Below the pieces are notes generated by a model. It was given only the letters and a program-made list of their open reading frames with translations. It had not been told where the DNA came from and ran no database searches. A stretch of DNA of 64,000 nucleotides from assembly GCA_964527785.1 (NCBI GenBank), contig CAZGNO010000004.1, forward strand, positions 14,364 to 78,363. The letters run 5' to 3'. Shown piece after piece: positions 31,056 to 40,367 of this stretch (position 1 is its first letter; each line of letters starts with the position of its first letter). A program made the translations under genes and the position numbers. The stretch comes from an uncultured Chitinophagaceae bacterium (GTDB lineage Bacteria > Bacteroidota > Ignavibacteria > Kapaibacteriales > UBA961).

Positions 31056-32368
31056 CGCTACGGGAAATGATGATGTCGGTTATAATACTTGCTTTTATTG
31101 CGGGTCCTTTCGCATATGCACAGGAATCTCTCTCGCTCAATGAAGCGATTCGTATCGGCTTGGAAAACAACTACTCCATTCGCATATCCAAAAACGATAC
31201 GAAAATAGCCGAAAACAATGTGAGCATCGGTAACGCCGGAATGCTCCCCCGTCTTGATGCAACAGCAGCTACAGGTAGAACAGTTGCTAATGTAGATCAA
31301 GAACTTGCAAGCGGACAAACCAACAAAAGAACGGGTGCAACCTCAGCTACATTGAATGCAGGGATAGCACTCACATGGACACTCTTCGACGGCTTCAAGA
31401 TGTTCACCTCGTATGACAGACTTACGGAGATTCAGCGCATCGGTGAAATAGCTTTCAGAAGAACAATCGAGACAACTTTATCGCAGATTATTGCACAATA
31501 TTATGATGTAATAGCTCAGCGCAGCACACTTGATGCACTTCGAGAAAGCGTGAATGTTTCTCAAAAACGATTGGATGTTTCAAAAAACAGAACAGAACTC
31601 GGTGCGGATTCCAAACAAAAACTCCTTCAAGCCACCATTGATTTTAATGAAGACAGAGCAGCTTTCCTGCGGCAGAAAATTACATTAGAACAAAGCAAGA
31701 TTGCACTTAATCAATTGCTGGCAAGGAAAGTAAGTACGGAGTTTGAGCCATCGGATTCGATTGCACTCAAACCAACGTTTGTTCTTGATGATCTTTATCA
31801 AAAATCGTTTGCAAACAATACATTGCTCCTCATTGCAATGGCAAATAAGTCACTGGCTGAATTTGATCTCAAGCTCTTAGATTCAGAATGGTATCCGTCC
31901 CTTACATTTACATCGGGTTTGAATTATTCAAAAATAAACTCTCAATTCGGTGCTGTGAGTTCGTCTACATCATTAGGTGTTAATTACGGACTCAGTGCCT
32001 CGATAAATTTATTTGAGGGCGGAAATCTACGAAGAGAGTCCGAAAATGCACGGTTGCTTATACTTTCTAATGAAGAAAATATTGCCCTTGTGAAACAACA
32101 AGTCGAATCTGATGTATCCCGTGCATACCGCCACTATGCTGCAACAATTAACCTATTGCAGTTTGAAACCGAAAACGTAGCTCTAACAAAGCAAAATGTG
32201 GAAATATCCTTGCAACGATATACACTCGGAAACATAACCGAATTTGAATTCCGACAAGCCCAGAAGTCCATGACAGATGCCGAAAACCGTACAATTAAAT
32301 CGCTCTATGATGCTAAAATCGCTGAAACGGAATTATTGAGGTTGAGTGGTGGATTGGTGAACCCGTAG
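31052..32368 (+). CDS. TolC-family outer-membrane efflux protein
   Basis: A signal peptide and two coiled-coil/beta-barrel repeats are typical of outer-membrane factors (OMF family). The start overlaps the RND stop codon (ATGA). Confidence 0.85.
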   Translation: MTLREMMMSVIILAFIAGPFAYAQESLSLNEAIRIGLENNYSIRISKNDTKIAENNVSIGNAGMLPRLDATAATGRTVANVDQELASGQTNKRTGATSATLNAGIALTWTLFDGFKMFTSYDRLTEIQRIGEIAFRRTIETTLSQIIAQYYDVIAQRSTLDALRESVNVSQKRLDVSKNRTELGADSKQKLLQATIDFNEDRAAFLRQKITLEQSKIALNQLLARKVSTEFEPSDSIALKPTFVLDDLYQKSFANNTLLLIAMANKSLAEFDLKLLDSEWYPSLTFTSGLNYSKINSQFGAVSSSTSLGVNYGLSASINLFEGGNLRRESENARLLILSNEENIALVKQQVESDVSRAYRHYAATINLLQFETENVALTKQNVEISLQRYTLGNITEFEFRQAQKSMTDAENRTIKSLYDAKIAETELLRLSGGLVNP

Positions 32369-32491
32369 TTATAAGATTAAGTGTTGTTATTTAAGTATAG
32401 CTCCATAGTTACCATATAGAAATTGGCACGTATCAAATGCTTCGACTCCGATCAGAATGAACAAGTTTATTTCCAAGATTATCCCCCATCA

Positions 32492-33421
32492 CTAGAAATC
32501 AATACTATAACTAAGTCCTAATGTTGCTGTTATTTGCAAACGGTCAGAAGCGAGATCTTCTAGCGGTGAATAGATAAACGCAGGAATAAATGAAGTTGAA
32601 ACTCCCCATACCAGCGGATATTTGAGTGAAGCTGATGCCATAATTGAGCTTAGTGAAAATGCCCTTTTAGTAACGGTTTGTACTGTGTTTTTCTTGATTT
32701 TTGTCCGCTTCGTATCAATTTCATACGATACTGCTGAAACGCTTACCATAGGTGTTATCCTCAGATCATCATACTTCAACAACATTAGCCCAGCCAGCGA
32801 AAAATATGTTTGTTTGTCGGATGTTCCCAGATAACGGTCTAGAGAAACATCAATAATTAATTTTTTGTAGTAGAAATCGGCAGTTAGTGAAATGCTCCCT
32901 GTTTGTGCTGCAAGCGCATTGACTGTATCGGACGAATATTTATAACGGGTAAAATCTGCTGACAAATCCATCCATTCTGCAATTGGATATGTATAATTCA
33001 AACCATACGATAAGTCCTGAAATTTCGCACCGTTTTCAAGTCGGTGAGTAGAATTGAATGCCAGCCCAAATCCTATTTCATGACCAATATCCAACGAACT
33101 TCCGATAACAGGTTTGCCTCCGCTTAAATCCACCCCGTTTTTTTGTTGTTGATTCTTAAAGTTCGCTCCGGTTACGACCGACCATTTTGGTTCTATTGTG
33201 TCTGCTTCCTCAGTTGAATCTGTCAAATTCAGCAGAACAGTGTTCTCAGTTGACAGCGAGACATCTTCTGTTGAATCACGTATGGCAGTAGAATCAACGC
33301 CGAAGCCGGCTTTTCCATACGAATATGACAAAAAGAGTATTATACCAACAAAAACAAAGCGTCTCGAAATAGTTCCGAGACGCTTTACTGTTATATAAGA
33401 ACTATTGATGAGAAAACTCAT
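32492..33421 (-). CDS. Hypothetical outer-membrane beta-barrel protein
   Basis: The signal peptide from ATG 33421 reads MSFLINSSYITVKRLGTISRRFVFVGIILFLSYSYG. The protein is beta-rich and ends ..LSYSIDF. The listed longer ORF (to 33484) runs through a palindrome and is rejected. Confidence 0.5.
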   Translation of the reverse strand: MSFLINSSYITVKRLGTISRRFVFVGIILFLSYSYGKAGFGVDSTAIRDSTEDVSLSTENTVLLNLTDSTEEADTIEPKWSVVTGANFKNQQQKNGVDLSGGKPVIGSSLDIGHEIGFGLAFNSTHRLENGAKFQDLSYGLNYTYPIAEWMDLSADFTRYKYSSDTVNALAAQTGSISLTADFYYKKLIIDVSLDRYLGTSDKQTYFSLAGLMLLKYDDLRITPMVSVSAVSYEIDTKRTKIKKNTVQTVTKRAFSLSSIMASASLKYPLVWGVSTSFIPAFIYSPLEDLASDRLQITATLGLSYSIDF

Positions 33422-33484
33422 GCACTTTTTACTATTACAGCTTTGATGGAAATTATGTAAAGAAGTATCACATTGATTTTTCAT

Positions 33485-33518
33485 CCATAGAGCAGGGTTT
33501 GCAAACCTTGCTCTATGG
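33485..33518. repeat. 34-bp palindromic (REP-like) element
   Basis: ccatagagcaggg-tttgcaaa-ccttgctctatgg is a 13-bp stem with one G-T pair and has no adjacent U-tract. Confidence 0.5.
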
Positions 33519-33540
33519 AAATTCTAAAAGTATTTCTCTA

Positions 33541-33861
33541 TTACTTAGTTTTTTTTGCTGCGCGGATTTCTTTTTTAGCTTCACGAATCTGAACTTTACC
33601 GGAATGAATTGCTTGCTTGCCTTCTTTGGCTTGTGTGCGGTCTGCTTTGAGTTGGCTCTTTGCTTCTTCTTTAGTTTTTGTACCGGCTTTCACTTCTTCT
33701 TTAACAGCTTTTGCATCTTGACGAGCTGCTTTTACTTGAGTAGCTCCTTGTTTTACTTCTGCCTTTCCTTCTTTGATTTGAGCTTTTGGATCTTGGGCAA
33801 AAGAATTAACACTTACAGTTAGAACGAAAGCAACGACTGTTGCAAAAAATGCTGAACGCAT
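33541..33861 (-). CDS. Small secreted K/A/E-rich protein with an 11-residue periodicity (LEA- or apolipoprotein-like amphipathic repeats)
   Basis: A signal peptide (MRSAFFATVVAFVLTVSVNSFA) is followed by blocks such as AQIKEGKAEVK, QGATQVKAARQ, DAKAVKEEVKA and GTKTKEEAKSQ. Confidence 0.6.
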   Translation of the reverse strand: MRSAFFATVVAFVLTVSVNSFAQDPKAQIKEGKAEVKQGATQVKAARQDAKAVKEEVKAGTKTKEEAKSQLKADRTQAKEGKQAIHSGKVQIREAKKEIRAAKKTK

Positions 33862-34045
33862 GATATACCTCTTGAAATAAATATTTGGAAATTGTTGGTG
33901 ATAATACAACAAGTATCTCACCGCCTTTTACTTTGGAGAATTTTCATTCTCTGCTGTTCTGTGGCTTGGAGGCATACGAAGTAAAGAATGGTTTAATAAA
34001 ACTTTTGTATGACAATATTCTCATTATAGAGTTCTTTTGTGTTCA

Positions 34046-36871
34046 TTATTGATGGATGTGTTTGTTATTCAACGCTTTTTCCAAGGCAAACAGCAACGAG
34101 CGATAGTGCTGCCCTGTTACTGAACTCATTCCCATTTCACAGGTTATATTGCTCGAATAATAACCGTCAAACTGTGTTTGCTTCACTTCCGCAGCTTCTT
34201 TTTGAGTGGCAGATGCAGTTAGTTCGGGATAGAGCAATCCCTTATCCCCGGCAAATCCGCAGCAGTTCAGATCATCGGGAATTGTAACGGTAGCAGCACA
34301 TCTTCGGGCGATTGCTTCCATCTTTTCAGCAAGTCCCATCTTGATTAACGAGCAATTCGGGTGTAATACAATTGATTCATTGCTTTGCGTAATCGAAAGT
34401 TTTTCCAGCAGAATATCATGTATAAATTCAATGCTGTCCATGATTTTTATTTGTTTCCACCGTTCAAGTGTTTGAGCAGTAAGTCCTGTAGGTTGGGTCC
34501 TGAGAAAAAGGGTACATGAACTTGCATCAATAACTACCGGCAGTTTCCCATGCTCTGACCATTTCCAAAAATTATCAATTAACTGCTCCCACATTGCAAT
34601 CCCGCTTTCAGCAAAACCCTTCGACGCAAAGGCAAGTCCACAACATCCATTACTTTCGTTCGGGATATAGACGCGTACATTTGCTGCTTCCGCAATTTTC
34701 ACAAGAGTCATTGGAAGATTATCTGATTCTGACTGCCCGAAGAGCCGTGTTGTACAAGCAGGAAAATACACTGCTGCCGCATCATTGGGCGAAGTATGCG
34801 GAAGTTTTGGCGGTTGACCTAAAAACGGTTCCCACGAAATTTTTTGTTGGACAATCGAACTGATAATTTGAGAAATACGCTTCGTACTGCGATTGCCCAG
34901 GATTTTTTGACTAAGCCGGGCAGATCGTAACCCAATTTGTGCAAGTCTAAGCACCAGTGGGAAGTGATTCACAAATCGCTTGGCAGTTCGCTTCTCCGAT
35001 TGCGAAATCATTTTATGTTTGGTAAACTTAACGAGATCACCGGTATTAATCCCAACCGGACAGACGGTTGCGCACATACCGTCTGCGGCACATGTTTCTA
35101 TCCCGGAATAGAGAAAATCTTCTTGTAATTCTTTAAGTGCAATTGGATGATGTTCTGTCGGCAGCCGTATCATTTCTCGCCATAGAATTATACGTTGGCG
35201 CGGTGTGAGCGTAAGATTTTTACTTGGACACTTCGATTCACAGAAACCGCACTCAATACATTTATCCACTAGGGGATGGACAATTGGTAGCGACTTGAGG
35301 TGGTTTGTGTGATTATTTGCATTTGAACTGATAATTACATCAGGATTCAGAATTGCATCCTTATCAACCAGAGTTTTGAGTTGCTTCATTATCGAGTATG
35401 CGGTTTCGCCCCATTCTTGCTCGACAAAAGGGGTAATATGCCGACCAGTGCCGTGCTCCGCTTTCAAAGAGCCGTTGTATTTTCCAATGACAAGGGCAGC
35501 CAAATCCTCAATGAACGAACCGAAATGATGTTTATCGGCAGGTGTATCGAACGAATGGGCAGCTACAAAATGAAGATTCCCGTCCTTTGCATGACCAAAA
35601 ACAAAAGAATCGTTGAAACCATGCTCCTTAAAAAGGATATGAAGGTCTTCAACCGCATCTGCAAGCCGTTCAATCGGGAAGGCAACATCTTCGTTCAGCA
35701 AGGCAGTTCCGGCGGCTCGCATTGCACCGGCTGTAGGAAACATTCCTTTACGAATATTCCACATAGCGGCTTGTTCTTTGGGATTTTCGGTAAATTCTGG
35801 TTCAAAAAGCAATTCTATTTTTTTAATTGCACTAAAGGCACTTTCCATTTTCTCTGCCAATTCTTCTTGAGTAGTTGCCTGAAACTCCGCCAAAAGCGCA
35901 GCAGTACCATCAGGCAGCGTTCTGAGAATTGCAGGGCTTATCGGAAGATGTTCTACTGAGCGCAAGGCGGGTCTGTCCATCAATTCCAGTGCTTCTGCTC
36001 CGGCATCCCGCAACGGCACAATAGCTCTACAAGCTGCATGAACGCTTTGAAAATAGAGCATTGCTGTAGATTTGTACGGATTATCGGGTATGGTTCGGAA
36101 TATTGCTTCTGCGATAAAGCCAAGAGTCCCCTCGCTCCCAATCATCAACCGTCCTAGAATATCAGCGGGCTTTTCTTCATCTAAAAATGCGTTTATTGAG
36201 TAGCCGACCGTGTTCTTAATTTTATATTTCGAGCGGATTTTTGCGGTAAGTTCCGGGTCATCAAGAATAAATTGCCGCAGGGCTATTATCCCGTCGTAAA
36301 TTTCGGGACAGTGCTTCTCTAATTCTTCGTTTGCATTTGGCTCTGCGGTATTAACGAGTGTACCGTTTGGCAGGACATAGGTGATTGATTCGATGGTATG
36401 GTAGGAATTATTTGCCACTCCGCAACACATCCCACTTGAATTATTGGCAATAATGCCGCCTGTCATACAGGCATTCATACTTGCGGGGTCAGGACCGAGC
36501 TTTGCACCATATTTCCTGAGAACTTGATTTACCTTGCTTCCGATTATCCCCGGCTGTACACGTACCTTCTTACCATCATCCAGAACTTCCACCGCATCCC
36601 AATTCCGGGAAATATCCACGATAATCCCGTTAGTAATCGCCTGACCGGATAAAGAAGTTCCGGCAGCACGGAAGCAGAGCGGAATATTATGTATTGCACT
36701 CCATTTGAATAACGACTGTATTTCCTGCACTGAAACCGGTCGAACGACCGCTTCGGGGATAATACGGTAACAGCTTGCATCGCTTGCGTAGGCGAGACGG
36801 TCTATCCATCGCATCAGGACACGCTCAGGGGCGAGGATTTTTTCTAGGGAGGATTGGATGGGCGACTTCAC
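34046..36871 (-). CDS. FAD-linked oxidase fused to an Fe-S (CCG-domain) oxidoreductase, YdiJ/GlcD-GlcF-like
   Basis: The 941-aa protein has an N-terminal FAD_binding_4 domain (..AAGTSLSGQAI..). The C-terminal part has two Cys clusters (CxxCxxCxxxCP) and CCG-type cysteine repeats. Confidence 0.8.
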   Translation of the reverse strand: MKSPIQSSLEKILAPERVLMRWIDRLAYASDASCYRIIPEAVVRPVSVQEIQSLFKWSAIHNIPLCFRAAGTSLSGQAITNGIIVDISRNWDAVEVLDDGKKVRVQPGIIGSKVNQVLRKYGAKLGPDPASMNACMTGGIIANNSSGMCCGVANNSYHTIESITYVLPNGTLVNTAEPNANEELEKHCPEIYDGIIALRQFILDDPELTAKIRSKYKIKNTVGYSINAFLDEEKPADILGRLMIGSEGTLGFIAEAIFRTIPDNPYKSTAMLYFQSVHAACRAIVPLRDAGAEALELMDRPALRSVEHLPISPAILRTLPDGTAALLAEFQATTQEELAEKMESAFSAIKKIELLFEPEFTENPKEQAAMWNIRKGMFPTAGAMRAAGTALLNEDVAFPIERLADAVEDLHILFKEHGFNDSFVFGHAKDGNLHFVAAHSFDTPADKHHFGSFIEDLAALVIGKYNGSLKAEHGTGRHITPFVEQEWGETAYSIMKQLKTLVDKDAILNPDVIISSNANNHTNHLKSLPIVHPLVDKCIECGFCESKCPSKNLTLTPRQRIILWREMIRLPTEHHPIALKELQEDFLYSGIETCAADGMCATVCPVGINTGDLVKFTKHKMISQSEKRTAKRFVNHFPLVLRLAQIGLRSARLSQKILGNRSTKRISQIISSIVQQKISWEPFLGQPPKLPHTSPNDAAAVYFPACTTRLFGQSESDNLPMTLVKIAEAANVRVYIPNESNGCCGLAFASKGFAESGIAMWEQLIDNFWKWSEHGKLPVVIDASSCTLFLRTQPTGLTAQTLERWKQIKIMDSIEFIHDILLEKLSITQSNESIVLHPNCSLIKMGLAEKMEAIARRCAATVTIPDDLNCCGFAGDKGLLYPELTASATQKEAAEVKQTQFDGYYSSNITCEMGMSSVTGQHYRSLLFALEKALNNKHIHQ

Positions 36872-36892
36872 TTTTGTTATTAAAAGTTCATA

Positions 36893-37678
36893 GACCTTGA
36901 AGGTTTTCGAAAACCTTCAAGGTCTTAAATTCTCACATACAACTATCTATTCAGATTATTCAAAAATACCATTCATTTGAAAATTCTCTTATATCAATTG
37001 GCTGTTGATGAAATTCTCTAAATAACCGTTCACCTCCAAACCATGTCAGTACTTTATTACGTTCTATTTTAGTATCTTTTGTTGAACATAAAGTCTGATA
37101 TGAAGAGAACCTCCAATCATTTATATTATCAACGAACCCGTGATGAACAGGATTAGAGTGAATGTAATGTATCAATTTAGTAAAATAGTTAATATTGTTT
37201 ACTGGTTTACGTTTAATATTGGTGCGAAATACTGCTCCTTTTCGAGCAAACATTTTATTATACGCTTTAGCGTATGCATTTAAAAAGTTACTGAACTGCT
37301 GATTTACCCTTTTATTTACGATATCACTTACTGTATAGAGGTTCTCAAAATCAAGAGAATTTTTTGTGTTATTCTTGAAAAACTCAATAAGTTCACCCTC
37401 TGATTTAATATAAACCAAGAAATGAAAATGATTAGGCATTAAACAATAAGAATATGTATCTAAAATAGGAGAAAGGTATTGTGAATACTTATGAAGGAAG
37501 TATAAATAATTATCTTCTGTCCTAAAAAGATTTTCATCACCGTTTGCATGGTTATATAGGTGATAGTATGTGTCCGGTAAGAAAGGAGTTTTGGCTTCCA
37601 TATCAAAACGTATAATGTCATAAATTATATTTTAAAACAATCCTAAACCTTGAAGGTTTTCGAAAACCTTCAAGGTTT
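36893..37678. mobile_element. REPtron-like unit: a HUH/Y1 (IS200-like) transposase gene flanked by two copies of a perfect palindrome
   Basis: The left palindrome gaccttgaaggttttcgaaaaccttcaaggtc lies at 36893-36924 and the right palindrome aaaccttgaaggttttcgaaaaccttcaaggttt at 37645-37678. They share an identical 30-bp core. Confidence 0.65.
36960..37601 (-). CDS. IS200-like / REP-associated tyrosine (Y1, HUH) transposase
   Basis: HUH motif YCLMPNHFHFLV, the N-terminal motif YHLYNHANGDENLF and the catalytic Tyr region IHYIHSNPVHHGFV, 213 aa. Confidence 0.75.
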   Translation of the reverse strand: MEAKTPFLPDTYYHLYNHANGDENLFRTEDNYLYFLHKYSQYLSPILDTYSYCLMPNHFHFLVYIKSEGELIEFFKNNTKNSLDFENLYTVSDIVNKRVNQQFSNFLNAYAKAYNKMFARKGAVFRTNIKRKPVNNINYFTKLIHYIHSNPVHHGFVDNINDWRFSSYQTLCSTKDTKIERNKVLTWFGGERLFREFHQQPIDIREFSNEWYF

Positions 37679-37702
37679 GAGGAATTTCTAAAAAATAAAG
37701 AA

Positions 37703-38233
37703 CTACTTCAGCCCAGCCGCCTTCAATTCAGTCATAGTACACAAAGCTCGCATCTCAATCCCTGCCACCGCAAGTGCTTCCCTGCCGCCTTGCTCACGGT
37801 CTATCACACACACACAGCAAAGAATATTAGCCCCTGCATCACGCAAATCCTTTGCACTCAGTACCACTTGCCCGCCGCTGGTGATTACATCCTCAACGAT
37901 TACAATCGGTACACCGCTGATTTCCGCACCCTCGGAAACCTTGTTTGTTCCATAGCCCTTGGCTTGTTTGCGCACAAATGCCGCAGGAAGCCCGGTTGCA
38001 AGTGAGAGTGCAGTTGCAATTGGTATTCCACCCATTTCTAGTCCAGCAAGAACTTCAACATTTTCTGGAAGGAGTGCTTTCAAATGTTCTGCAATAGCAG
38101 CAAGCAATTTGGGGCGACTTTCAAACAGGTATTTATCAAAATATTCATTACTTACTTTGCCCGAACGAAGTGTGAATGTTCCGGTTAGATGTGATACTTC
38201 AAATATTGATTTGGCTAGTTCTTGATGTGTCAT
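37703..38233 (-). CDS. pyrE: Orotate phosphoribosyltransferase (short type)
   Basis: PRPP-binding motif VIVEDVITSGGQV and type-I PRTase fold, 176 aa. Confidence 0.8.
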   Translation of the reverse strand: MTHQELAKSIFEVSHLTGTFTLRSGKVSNEYFDKYLFESRPKLLAAIAEHLKALLPENVEVLAGLEMGGIPIATALSLATGLPAAFVRKQAKGYGTNKVSEGAEISGVPIVIVEDVITSGGQVVLSAKDLRDAGANILCCVCVIDREQGGREALAVAGIEMRALCTMTELKAAGLK

Positions 38234-38285
38234 ATACTCTCATAGCATTAAATTGAAAAACTGAATTGGGTATTATTGTAATATA

Positions 38286-38945
38286 CTACATTTTTTCGTC
38301 AGAAGAAGCCGCCTCGCCTACTATTTTACCAAGAATTTCCTTGATAATATCCCACGAAAAGCCCTGGCGTTGCAAGTAGCCGATGAGTGCGGTTTTCTGT
38401 TTCTCGAGCGGTTTATGCTGCACGGAACGAAGTTTCTTTTCGGCGGCTTTGAGGGCAAGTTCGGTCGTATCGTCTTTGGGGAAAAATTGGTGGATTGCTT
38501 CTTGAGCTTGAAGTTCAGGTATGCCACGTTTGCGGAGCTCCATTTTTACCCGGCTAGCCGACGACGGCTTTCTTAGCAAAAAGTCCTTAACGAACATTCT
38601 GGCATATTCAGTATCATTCAGATAATCGAATTCTTTGAGATATTGAATTGCGGTATCTTGCTCATAGATTGATGCTCCGAATTCCTGCAATTTACGTCGA
38701 ACCTGAAATTCCGTTCGGGGTTTGTAGCTTGCAAATGCTACTGCACGCTGCTTTACATCAATGATATGTTGACGGGCAAGTATAGTTTTTTTCAGTTCGT
38801 CCGTGAGAAGTACTCCCTTTCCCAATTTGAATTCCAATACCAAATCCATCGAGCATTCGAGGGCAATGTCATCACCCGCAAAAACTATGCACAGCGGCTT
38901 TCGCCGACGTTTTAGGATTCGGGTAATTAGTAGTGGCTCAGGCAT
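38286..38945 (-). CDS. recX: Regulatory protein RecX
   Basis: Three-repeat helical RecX architecture (..ALKAAEKKLRS.., ..ALIGYLQRQGFSWDIIKEIL) immediately downstream of recA on the same strand. Confidence 0.7.
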   Translation of the reverse strand: MPEPLLITRILKRRRKPLCIVFAGDDIALECSMDLVLEFKLGKGVLLTDELKKTILARQHIIDVKQRAVAFASYKPRTEFQVRRKLQEFGASIYEQDTAIQYLKEFDYLNDTEYARMFVKDFLLRKPSSASRVKMELRKRGIPELQAQEAIHQFFPKDDTTELALKAAEKKLRSVQHKPLEKQKTALIGYLQRQGFSWDIIKEILGKIVGEAASSDEKM

Positions 38946-39007
38946 AATCGTGTTAATAAAAATTGCATATGACAATTTTTTGTATGTGTGGTTTTAATCC
39001 CCTCGTT

Positions 39008-39235
39008 CCCCTTTATCAAGCAGGGTTGTTTTTCTACATCTCAAAAAAATTTTTCTCTAATTCCCCTCTTGAGAGAGGCAGGCGTGTGAATCAAACACTA
39101 TGCCTTGATTAAAGAAAACGGTACATATACCCCGCTTGACCACACACCCCTACCCCTCTCGAAGAGGGGAATTAGGACTTATATTCTGTTTTTTTCAATT
39201 GAACCAGAACTTAACAGCCCTGCTTTATCAAGGGG
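39008..39235. repeat. Nested imperfect inverted-repeat element of about 230 bp (MITE-like or long structured spacer) between recA and recX
   Basis: Outer arms cccctttatcaagcagggttgtt (39008-39030) and aacagccctgctttatcaagggg (39213-35). Inner arms ctaattcccctcttgagagagg (39055-78) and cccctctcgaagaggggaattag (39149-73). A palindromic centre (gcgtgtgaatcaa ... ttgaccacacacc) lies between them. Confidence 0.6.
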
Positions 39236-39257
39236 ATGACGTACACATTTGCTGCTA

Positions 39258-39291
39258 TAAAAAAATCTCACGACTTTGTTGCCGTGAGATT
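39258..39291 (-). terminator. Rho-independent terminator of recA
   Basis: aatctcacg-actttgttgc-cgtgagatt with aaaaaaa immediately upstream on the + strand, which is a U-tract on the - strand. It lies 12 nt downstream of the recA stop codon. Confidence 0.75.
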
Positions 39292-39302
39292 ATTGAATCA
39301 GC

Positions 39303-40367
39303 TTATTTTTTAGATGGTTTTTCTGCCGACGGTTCGGGAGTGGTAGTAATATTCAGTACTTTCTTCACATCGTTTTCGAGTGCTGTGAACATTGCCGGAG
39401 AATCAATGAGTTGCCTGCGCAGACCATCACGACCTTGAACTCTGTCTTCTTTGTATGTCAGCCACGAACCGCTTTTTTGGACGATTCCATGCTCAATCGC
39501 CACATCAAGCATATCACCTACTTTAGAAATACCTTCATTGTACATAATATCAAATTCGGTTTCTCTGAACGGCGGGGCTACTTTATTCTTTACTATTTTC
39601 ACTTTCACTCTGTTACCTACAATATCCGCACCTTCTTTAATAGCATCTTTTCGGCGAATATCAATCCGCACCGAGGCGTAATATTTCAGAGCATTACCAC
39701 CTGTGGTCGTTTCAGGATTACCATACACGACACCAATTTTGCTCCGAAGTTGATTTGTAAAAATAACGCACGTATTCGAGCGTCCGATTGCCGCATTGAG
39801 CTTACGCATACCCTGTGACATAAGCCGCGCCTGCGAACCCATCTGAGCGTCGCCCATATCACCCTCGATTTCTGCACGCGGAGTAAGTGCAGCTACCGAG
39901 TCAATAACAACCACATCAATCGCATTGCTTCGTACAAGTGTTTCCACTATTTCAAGTGCTTGCTCGCCGAATTCCGGCTGAGAAAGAAGCAAATTATTCA
40001 AATCAACACCTAAACGCTGTGCATATTGAACGTCAAGCGCATGCTCTGTATCCACGAAAGCAGCCAATCCGCCATTTTTTTGTGCATTTGCAATAATATG
40101 TAAGCAGACTGTCGTTTTACCGGATGATTCCGGTCCGTATATTTCAATAATCCTGCCTTTTGGCACACCGCCGATACCTAAAATCGCATCAAAAGAAAGA
40201 GAGCCCGTCGAAATTGAATCTATCGCAATCACATTTTGGTCGGAAAGGCGCATAATCGAGCCCTTGCCATATTGCTTTTCGATTTGCTCCATAGCATTTT
40301 CAGCAGCTTTCATTTTAGCATCACTGACTTTCATCGAATTGGTTTTTACGTCGTTAGACATACTCAT
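39303..40367 (-). CDS. recA: Recombinase RecA
   Basis: Walker A motif GPESSGKTT and the motif [14 protein letters not shown]. The protein is near-full-length (354 aa) and canonical. Confidence 0.97.
   Translation of the reverse strand: MSMSNDVKTNSMKVSDAKMKAAENAMEQIEKQYGKGSIMRLSDQNVIAIDSISTGSLSFDAILGIGGVPKGRIIEIYGPESSGKTTVCLHIIANAQKNGGLAAFVDTEHALDVQYAQRLGVDLNNLLLSQPEFGEQALEIVETLVRSNAIDVVVIDSVAALTPRAEIEGDMGDAQMGSQARLMSQGMRKLNAAIGRSNTCVIFTNQLRSKIGVVYGNPETTTGGNALKYYASVRIDIRRKDAIKEGADIVGNRVKVKIVKNKVAPPFRETEFDIMYNEGISKVGDMLDVAIEHGIVQKSGSWLTYKEDRVQGRDGLRRQLIDSPAMFTALENDVKKVLNITTTPEPSAEKPSKK

Noticed and set aside
32492-33484. Full-length 330-aa ORF call for the OMP gene (start at 33484)
   Set aside because: The first 21 codons run through the 34-bp palindrome at 33485-33518 and are not signal-like. 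ATG 33421 yields a textbook n-h-c signal peptide.
33499-33822. 107-aa + strand ORF (Cys/Phe-rich)
   Set aside because: It is antisense to the K/A/E-rich secreted protein gene and arises from the low-complexity repeats.
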